From: Rotaria socialis
Taxonomy: Eukaryota
Assembly: GCA_905331295.1 (NCBI GenBank)
Contig: CAJNYD010000322.1
Location: forward strand, 248,001-312,000
Reading direction: 5' to 3'
DNA: 64,000 nt
The notes under the pieces were generated by a model. It was not told where the DNA came from and searched no databases. It saw nothing but the letters and a program-made list of their open reading frames with translations. The first letter of the stretch is position 1. Each line of letters opens with the position of its first letter. The position numbers and the translations under genes are program-made. Below are positions 54,248 through 64,000 of this stretch, piece by piece.

Positions 54248-55800
54248 GTTGCCTGCAGGTAAAATATTGTTGATCGAGAGTGAAGAAAAAGAAAAAAAAA
54301 CGTACGATAGAATGAATCTATCGGTTTTGCGACGAATTTTTTTCCTTCCGCTTGATTCTTTTCTTTTTATACCAATCAATTGATATGAAAGATTTTTTCT
54401 TTCTCTGTTTCTTTCGATAAAATTCATGGTGACTTTATTCTCGCATATTGCCTCCCATCCATACGCAAAAGTTTATTTGTTACACCCTTCTTACATACAC
54501 AGAAAAAAACGTGTCAATGTCAGTCCAAACAATTGAAAACAAACTCAAAATCTAGAAAAATCACCTAATGAAAAGAAAATACATGAAAGCTTTATATTTT
54601 AGCTGATTTAATTGTTTAAAAATATTGTTTTGATTGCTTTGGCTCTGTTGCTACTTTGATAGCCTTGATGAACTTAAATATTTATGGTAACTGCTAGTTG
54701 TTCAGATAAATGGTAATGGATGATGAATGATGTATGGTTATATTCATAATGTCAGAGACCTTCTAAATATGCTTGTGAAAATATAGGAATCAAATCTTTT
54801 TTCAATGAAAGTATATGATTAAATAGTATTTCTCTATGCTTTGTTCAGTGCATGCTGTGTTGGCCTTTAGCATGAAGATTTAGTTTCAATGAGCAACACT
54901 CATCTTGGAATTGAATAACAAGTATTAATGGCAAAGATCGAAAACATTTTTTGTTTTTACTCGATGACGTGTCTTTAGTATTGAAGATCATTGTGTTAAT
55001 AGGAAATTGATGAATAGTTTAATAGTAAAATATAAATGATTTCTCAGATTATTTGCAGCATATTTTGTATGTAGATATACCAAAATTTTAAGCCACACAT
55101 ATTGCAATGCGAATCGTTGATCTGATAAAATTAAAAACAGCATCTTCTTATTCTTGCTTCTATGAATCTTTATTGTGACACTGTATAATTCATAAATTAT
55201 ATTTTTTCAAATAGTGTATTAAACAAATTGTATACGAAATCGGCACTGTTTATCTTTTAGTTAAAGAGTCAATCTATTGATCAAAAATCAAACTCAATGT
55301 AATGCATCTCAATTGTGATGTTTGCTAATAAAATCTTTCAATGCTTCTATTATTGCTTTAGTATTTCAACTACGAATATTGTTCACAATCAAAATTTCTT
55401 TGTTACACAACTATTTTTGCATTTCATAGTGCCGCCAAATTGCATTATCAATATTTGAGAATTCGTCTCCCTCTTTATACTTTATTGATGACAATCGAAG
55501 AAGCATCAAAATTCTAAAAGAAGAAATCTGATCCATGTAAGAGTATAATGTTTTGTAAGGTATCTATACGAATATACACCTTTTAAACATATAGCTAAGT
55601 AAACATAGGTTCAGATTGTTTCCTCGTTATTTGTCAATAAAAATAGATACTGTCTCTTGAAAGTATTCTTCTTTGTACTATCGTAGGAGCACCAAAATTT
55701 CAATGTGAGAAGTTGGTTTTCTTTCATCGATCAACTACTTTTTGATTATTTTTCATTTCACCTGAGTAGTCTTGAATAAAAATAAATTGGTTGTATTATA

Positions 55801-56170
55801 TTCAGTGAAAAATATTCGCTGATTTAAATTAAATTATTGTGCAACAAAATCCAATCCGCAATCCGATTGATAGTTTTGATTTTAATCGATCACCATTTAA
55901 CCCAAACGTGATGTTATTGCTAGTCCAGTGGAAATTAGTTTGATTAAAATCTGATTGTTCTGTAGCACAATTCACATTATCAATCGCTTGACAATGTGAA
56001 TTTTACTGGAAAACAATCCGATTTCAATCAAACTAATTTCCACCGGGCTAGCAATAGCATTAAAATTGGGTTGAATGGTGGTCGATTAAAATCAAAATTA
56101 TCAATCGGATTGCAGATTGGATTTTGTTGCACAATAATTTAATTGAAATCAGTGAATATTTATCACTGGG
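55801..56170. mobile_element. 370-bp foldback (near whole-length palindromic) MITE
   Basis: Arms of ~175 bp are reverse complements (e.g. AATTATTGTGCAACAAAATCCAATC / GATTGGATTTTGTTGCACAATAATT). Ends TTCAGTGA..TCACTGGG; flanks TA / CA. Confidence 0.88.
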
Positions 56171-57804
56171 CACTCCATTTCTATGAAGAATTTTATGAAT
56201 ATGTAACGAAAATAGTTTAGATATCTTAACTAAAATTAATTTGACAATTATACAGAAATTAGATAAATTTTGTCATCAATTAATAAAGATTTTTTATCAA
56301 TCTCCTACAGTTCGGTTAACAAAAACCAACCTTGTATCGAAACTTTTAATGAAAAAAGATGATAAAATAACAGCTGTACAACCCATATTATTCTACGTCA
56401 GCTCTTGTTTTCATACATCAATTCTAAATCATACTATCAGAAACCAAAATAAAGTGAGATAACGCATTTCTCTCTCTCTATCTCTCTGTTATTTCTTAGT
56501 TTTACAAGCTATGAATGTTTACTGCAGAAAAAGGCTCCGTTAAATTTATAATTACTTAAATTTAACCAAAATGTGATGAATAAATTTAAATGAGGTATTT
56601 TTGGACGATAATACGACACGATGTACAAATGAATGAAGTTTTTTTTCTTATTACTAATTCTGTTATCGAAAAGCAATATTTAATTTATTTCTTATAATTC
56701 AATCTCGTTTTACAAATGGATATTCATTCTACGTATTTGATGTTCTTATACATATTTACTTATTAAACTTTAAAAGAAATTTCATCAGAATCATCTTAGT
56801 AATTTATTCAAATCGTATTATATTGATCAATTTCAAACTATTCAAACCATCGAATATTAACATTTCAGAAAAATAGCACTCAAAATATAAGGTTAATTTT
56901 GGTTAGATCAGATACAATAAACTAGCGGTCAATATCAAAAGTGCACAATGGATTTAATAATAACAAGATAAATTGTAAGTTTCAAATATAGTTTGTAGGG
57001 GCATGTTTCACTATATTTACATGTATTATAACCTTTCTCACACAAAAATACTCTCGAAATCTTTCGCGTGATACGAGTTACTGACTGTATTAATTAAACT
57101 CTCTTTTTGCCATTATGAATGAATCCGTTCATCAGCATAGGGAAGCTAACGGCAAATAAAAAAGATGATGTGAACTCTAGGAATACGAAATGCCTATACT
57201 TCTAATAAGAGATCAAGCTTGTTTTTAGTTTTGATCTGAAAGTGTTCTCCTGGCGTCTGATTGATTGTTCATTTTGAATGATTCTATTTTAGACAGAATG
57301 AGTATATCGTACGAAAAAAATACGTATGTATATAATTATATCATGTAATACTTCATTGAGAAACATTCATATTAAATTCATAAGACAAAAACTTACGCAA
57401 GCCTTTTATAATTATATTACTTCATTCTCTGAATAGGACTTCGAAGGAAACAAGTTTTAATACTACAGATTAATATTACTATTGAATGCTGATATTGCGA
57501 ATAGAAAACAAAATATTTGATGTATCTTAAATAAATGCAAAGATACAATAAAGCGAAACTTTTATGTCAAGCTTTTCCAACTATAAACCAGATACAATGT
57601 GTATATCGATCAAAAATTGAACTCTGTAAGAGTACCTTATCGTTATTTTATAATCTTCTGATAAATTTACTAATATATCATATAGCTCACTATATGTTAT
57701 CGATTTATAAGAATTGATTGCGTATAAATCTTTATATACTGCATTATCTATCATAAAAATTTTATCACATATGAACTCGTCGCAAAAACGTATTTGAGTG
57801 AACA

Positions 57805-58176
57805 TATTTTTTCCGAAATCAAGAGCACTGCGCCAGAAAACGTTAAAAATACAAATTAGTACTGAGCAATTTTTCTTACCATATTTTGGTTGATGACTGA
57901 AACCAATGGAATATGCAAAATCAGCGCAAAAACTAGCATCTAAAAAGTCACATTTCACTAAAAAAATATTTTACACATAAGAAACACCTACTTTCTATGA
58001 GCCCCCATCGTCCGATAGTACATGTAAAATATAATTTGCCCGATGGCAATTTTTGCACTGATTCTGCACGTATCATTTATTCTAGTCGCAGATCAAAATA
58101 TCGTAAGCAAAATCGCTCAGTATAACATTATGCTTCAAAGCTTTCTGAATCATTGCGATTGATTTCGGAAAAAATA
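57805..58176. repeat. Old, decayed foldback palindrome
   Basis: TATTTTTTCCGAAATCAA / TTGATTTCGGAAAAAATA at the outer ends, and TACTGAGC / GCTCAGTA and AATCAGCGCAAAAA / TTTTTGCACTGATT in mirror order. Confidence 0.7.
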
Positions 58177-58984
58177 GGATTACTTCAAGAAAGAAAGAAG
58201 CTTATCCGAAATCGATTTGTGACCTTTTTAGTTTACATAACAGTTATTTAAATATGGTCTTGCGAAGAGCTGATATGTTTGGACCGTAACCCATTGGAGA
58301 CTGCAAAGCTTATCTGTAACGTTAATTATTTCAGGCTGATAAGGAACCTATTTTATTTTTTATTCAGCTCAATTGTGTGTTTGTACATCTGAATTGTGCA
58401 TAATCTTAGAAAGAAAAATATTTCGGCAACATGAAACGAATGCTAAATTTAACAAAATAACAATAGATCGAACATGTTTCAAAACTGGGATTTTTTTAAA
58501 TTTTGTTTTGTAGTAAAACATTTGTTCTGAAATTGTTTTAATACAAATTAGTCAGACAATTATAAAATAATAACGACGTGGATAATTCGGCAAGCTGTGT
58601 GCAACCGTGATATAATATTGGCGAAAAAAAGTTTCTTAAATTTGAAACTGTTGATGCTTTAAAACGTTAAGCAAAACATGAATCTTTATTAATAGAAACA
58701 AATGAAATTCTGAAAAAAAATAATATTTTATTAGGAATGTCTAGTTTAAAATTGATTACTATAGCTAAACTTGAACTCATTCTTTGCTTTTGTTGCTGTT
58801 GTTTCAAAACAAGAGAAGATTTTACAACCATTGTAGTACGTAAATACGTTTCGTTCTTAGAGACGACCGAAGATTTTATCAATTCTCTTACGAAATTACT
58901 TAATTGATAAACAAAAATAGCTTAACTTATTCAATCCGTTCAACGCACTATAAATAAAAGAAATCAGAACTCATTCATTTATGA

Positions 58985-59038
58985 TATTTTTCAACCAATG
59001 AAGATTTTTCAACCAATGAAAAATTTTCATCAACAAAT
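58985..59038 (+). repeat. 18-bp tandem repeat, 2 good copies plus 1 degenerate
   Basis: (x)ATTTTTCAACCAATGAA repeated. Confidence 0.7.
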
Positions 59039-61585
59039 ATTTCCGTAGTTTTCAAGATATTGTTAAATGTTTAATTTGCTTTATTTTCACAGGAGAAATT
59101 CAAAAGAACGAAGTAACTTTTAATAGATATTTAAAATATCAATTCAAACGGGCTTCGTTAGTTCATCATCATGATTCCGTGCGATTGTCAAAGAAGAAAA
59201 TGTTGTTTATAAGAAAATCTACATAAGTGCGTTGCTGATTAAAGATCACCCGAGATATATATATACAGAGAGTGAGTGACAGAAAGAAAGAACATATTCA
59301 CCTATCGACATAGGTTATTCGAAAAGTTTGCCCTTTGAATTTGTTCATACGACAATGAAATATAATCTAAATAAAGTAAGAAAAACAATCTATTTCATAA
59401 ATTTTTTTTTTAAGTGATACTTTTTAGAATAAGTAAAGAAAAGAAACAAGAAACATACGAGCAAGAGTTTGATTATTCTTTTTTTTTTTCTCATTTTTTT
59501 TTCATTGAAATAAAATTGGTTGTTGTTCTCAAGTGGTTGATCGTCTTCTTTTTTTCTTTTTACTCGTTTGTTGCTGAAGGAAAAAATTGAACGGACATAT
59601 GTTTTTTCCTACACTAATGTGCTCAACACACCCGATCTTTCCTGCTGAGTGGGTGGTACTCATTAATTCGCTCCTTTGTCGTTTTCAAATGAGCAAGTAG
59701 AAACGAGAATATTAAAAAAAAGAAAACGAGAAGTGATGAAGGTTAGAGTCTCAATATATACTATCCATGCCTTTCTCACTATTACCGAAATGATTCAATC
59801 CAATGACACTAATTGCTTCTTTTCATAGTTAGATTATGCGTACAAAAATAATATCAAGTGGGTGACACGTCGTCTCATAGCAGTAGATCACCTATCAGTC
59901 TAGTTTAATGAGCGAATATTCGATCTTTTCTACCTGTGCATGTGCATGTGTTGACAAACACGTATCACGCACCATAGGGAGCTCATCAAAGCAGTTCGCC
60001 TGATTTGTTCTAAACACTCGTTATAACAATAGACTAACAGTTGGCTTACATCGATTCAGTATGTTCATTTTTTCTCTATCCGAATATCTATCGGAGTAAA
60101 ATCAGAGATGGGATTTATCAATGTGTACCGTTACATCATATCAATCAAATAAAAGAAAGAAGCGGCTGACTTTCTTTGTTAATAACAAATGTTTGCCGCC
60201 ATCTCTTGTTACTCAATTCGACCATATCGTCAAGTGTCATTCAATAAACGAAAAAGACTTAAATCAACACATACATATCTATCGTAGCGTCCCGCGACAA
60301 ATTTCTTTCTTGCATAATTACTTTTTAGCAGCGGTAGCAATACATATTCGAACAATATGTGCATGTGTCCACAACTCCAATGCTCGTTCAAGTATGCCTC
60401 AACTACTTGAGGAAAGAGAAGGATCAAACGAGAAAACATTAAACTGTTAAGAAGAAACGAAAGTGACTTGTATTCTGTGATCTTGTTTGAATGAGAGTGT
60501 ATAATATATGTGTATGTGTGTATTTTTTTTGATAGAATGATCATCGGCCAGTAAACATAATAGATGGATAGTGTCAAGTTTGAAAAAGTACCGGCACGTG
60601 CATATTTACGAAGAATAATTCATCAATCTGATCTGATTTGTAAACAAAAATTTCGAAAAAGTACAATTCTTACTGTGAGAAGATAAATCATTATCTTTTT
60701 GCCTAATAAATATTAACGATGAATTGTGTTTTGTATTAATTTCCTAAAACAGGAAAAATTTCACTTGTATTCAAGATAAATTAACTAAGAAGATTGTTGT
60801 TTTTTCATCTTCAATTCTAAACCAAAATTTAGTTATTCATATTTGATTCGAGAAGTTCCAATTCTGTGTGTACTTGTATAGCATTATTACATTTACAAGA
60901 ATAACTACTGTTGTTCATTTACATTCAATTAACAAGGAAAAAAGAACCATGAACTCTTGTTCTATGTGTTATCAAGATAATATGTACCTATCTAATTTCG
61001 GAGTTTATACTATTTCTCGCTATTGATGACTTGATTATTCAAAATAACACAAAGCAATTTGTTTCATTTTCTCGCGTGATAGGTGATAAACGAAAATGAT
61101 GCGAGAGAGATAACAATAGAAATGAAGAACGATGATGATGAAGCGTGGCAAAGGCGGCACACTTTGTCATGTAGACAGGTAAGCAAGTGTCAGACGATCG
61201 CCTGTATATACAGTATCAATACATGGATGTATATCATTTTATGGCTCTTTTGTATTCTTTAGACAAATCAAAGCAACAATCGTCCACGATTCTGTTCAAT
61301 CGATCACATCTGTCGCCTACCTTTACTGATCAAATCGAGACCAATAAGCATGTGTTTCTCTATTTTGTTCATTGGTCAATCATGTACACTCATTGAGCAT
61401 TCTTTTTTTCTCTTTCTCTGTTTTTCCTCTTTCTCTGTTTTTCCTCTTTCCTACAGTTTTTCAAAAACAAAAAAAAAATTGAACCAATCATAAAATGAAG
61501 CTAGCTCGCATTTTCTTCTTTTCTCTTTTTAGTCGCTCGTTGATGTGTAAAATTATTTTACAATCTTTTCAAATCAAGCAAATAC

Positions 61586-62134
61586 ATGGAAATTAGTAGC
61601 AAGAAGCGATCAGCAAATCTTCTTACTCATGATAATCATAGTTTAAGTTTAATGAATCAAACCAAAAAGAAAAAGAAAATATCATCATCATCATCATCAT
61701 TAAGCATAAATGAATCGCCGATTGCTGGCACACGAATTACTGATTGGGAAGAATATGAAAAATGGAAAGAAGTACGTGGTGATATTGAACCTACAATGAA
61801 TTATGTTGAAATAACAACAGAGGCTATTGATGAATTACGTAAAGTAAAAAATATTATTGGTGATTATGTTTGTCAATTATGTAAAGTAAAATATGAAAAT
61901 GCTTTTGCACTTGCTATGCACAAATGTCCACGCGTTGTGCATATTGAATTTCGGTATGTATATATTTATTAAGGGAAACTTTTGAAGAGACAATAATAGG
62001 ATTTTTTATCTTATTTTAGTTGTCCAGAGTGTGACAAAACGTTTAATTGTCCTGCCAATTTAGCATCGCATCGTCGATGGCACAAACCGCAAACATCACT
62101 ATCTTCCAAGGAACCAGCACCAGTGCCATCATCA

Positions 62135-62166
<32 letters not shown>

Positions 62167-62665
62167 ACCAAATCAAAAACTAATAACAAATAAACATCCA
62201 AGATATTCATCGCGTTCTGATTCGCGTTCAACAAACACTTCTTCATCTATAGTTTCAGATGCTATTCATGCATATCCATCTGTGCCAACATCAACATCAT
62301 CATCAAATACAGACACGAGAAAAAAAGATTGTTTTGACGCGAATGAAACACAAAAGAAATCTTCTGATCATGTATTACGAGCTATGTATAATGAAAGTTC
62401 TCACTGGATGGTACCTCCATCGTATCAACCATTTACAGCGTTACACATGAAACCACCATTGACTTTTCGACATAATCGATCTGTACCATTGTCAATTCCA
62501 TCATCACCATTTGATTTTCGTCGATTACAATCATCGTGTATTTTTTGTCACGAACAATTTTCTGAACTTAATCAATTACTTCAACATATTCGAAAAAATC
62601 ATGCAGTATCATCTAGTACAAATACTAAAAATACTACTGTAAAACTAGACAAAATAGTCTTTTAA
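61586..62665 (+). CDS. INSM: INSM/IA-1/nerfin/EGL-46 family C2H2 zinc-finger transcription factor, 2 exons
   Basis: Exons 61586-61953 and 62020-62665. Motifs [69 protein letters not shown]. Third finger CIFC..H....H. Confidence 0.93.
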
Positions 62666-64000
62666 AATAAAGAAACAATCGAGTAGTGCATTAAAACAAA
62701 ATAAAGATCATCTTTTTTCTTCAAAATACTTACAATTTAGTTTTCAGATCTATCCAAGTTTCATGGCAATGTAAAACTGTATAATCTACTGATATCCAAT
62801 ATGTACAAATGATACATGATAAGTTATTTCGATTCAGTGCATCATGATGATAGACTTTAACTGAAAAAATCAGACAACATTGCATAAATACAAAAAAATA
62901 GGTTGCTACTGAATTGAAAAGAAAAGCTTCCTAAATCAATGACTTACATTGACGATTGGACTGATGACAAAGACTACTTTTTCAAACGGAAGGATGATGA
63001 TAAGGGCAAAAGAATGTTCACATGTGCATTATGCACAAGGGAGAACTACCATATATCATCATCAATTTTAAACATCTATGAACTATTATTTGGGCAAATG
63101 CAAAAATCTGCAGTGATAATGGTGTACAATTATAGATTTTTGATTGAATATGAAAGAAAAGCAAACCTTATCATTTTTAATTTCAACAGATTATTATTAG
63201 CGAGAAAAAAATATCATTTTCTATAGGGAAAACGATTTAGAATAATGTACTACAACTGGTATACTCTCTCTGAGTTAAAAATAAACTGAAACGTTTAGCA
63301 CGAATGGAGGAGCTACTTAAGAGATATTTTAATATTACAAGTATAGCTACTATAATAAATTGAAAGCATATCGAAGTTCAATATTTTTCATTACATATCA
63401 TATTATAGAGAACAGTAAGTGTGACATTTTACCATAGATATACTATCGGTCAGTCTCTCTTTTCATGCTAATGAAAATTCATTATAATATTTTATTACTG
63501 AGCTAGTATCAACTATATAGTAGATTCAGCAATTGTATCTGTGAGCTTAAGTTAATGAGTCTAATTTCGTAGGACACTTCGAAATGTGTCGAGTGATGTT
63601 TTAAGAAGTTTGGCGTTTTCAAGCACGGCAGACAAAAATTTCTAGATAAGATTAATCCCGTTGAATATTCCATCCTATACAAAAACAAAAAGCTGAATTT
63701 AGCAGTGGTGCTGCTACACTAGATTCTTGTCTTTCAGATGAAAGTGCATAACAAGAAATCTCTGAATTGAAATGCCATTTTCTTGACAAGAACGAATTTA
63801 AATAGTAAAAGATTCATTTTTTTATACATTATAGTAGAATATTATATCTATATTATCTTTTCCAATATTTTTGAGAAATTTTTCTTTTATAGCTAATATC
63901 GTATTGATAATAATAGTGTGAGAAATGTAGCCCGTAATTTACTGTAAAATATGATAAAAGCTTTCTGAACTTTAGTCTCTTTTCAGCAAAATATTGCCTT

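Noticed and set aside
54248..54427. 5' extension of the 261-aa TM2 ORF
   Set aside because: Looks like intron sequence (pyrimidine tract and CAG before ATG 54247); the signal peptide begins at the downstream Met.
54600..55500. Coding-like minus-strand fragments
   Set aside because: Multiple stops in the frame I read and no recognisable family; could not support a pseudogene call.

Overview
AT-rich eukaryotic (animal) genomic DNA with many ~50-65 bp GT-AG introns. Native metazoan genes are interleaved with genes that look non-metazoan, and short DNA-transposon derivatives are scattered throughout. This mix most resembles a bdelloid rotifer (inference, not proven). Spliced genes I could reconstruct: a 465-aa Ser/Pro-rich protein (1444-6289, minus), thymidylate synthase, a Kv-beta/AKR6-like aldo-keto reductase, a 72-aa potato-inhibitor-I (I13) protein missed by the ORF track, SLC37A3, TTC30/IFT70, an OGFOD2/CUPULIFORMIS-type 2OG-Fe(II) oxygenase, a GH125 alpha-mannosidase with an added type II anchor, a TMEM26-like gene, a small type I membrane protein, SAP30BP, a CNG channel beta subunit, a TM2-domain protein and an INSM/nerfin zinc-finger factor. 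Pseudogenes: two tandem CsgA-like SDR copies and one unknown gene. Mobile DNA: hAT elements with perfect 8-bp TSDs, a Ginger-like deletion derivative, a cluster of CCCAGG-ended MITEs with 2-bp TSDs, and two foldback palindromes. The most notable signal is a ~25-kb stretch (9-34 kb) holding four candidate horizontally acquired, intron-bearing enzyme genes plus the I13 inhibitor. I see no demonstrable new multi-gene system. Family comparisons are from recalled motifs; no database search was run.
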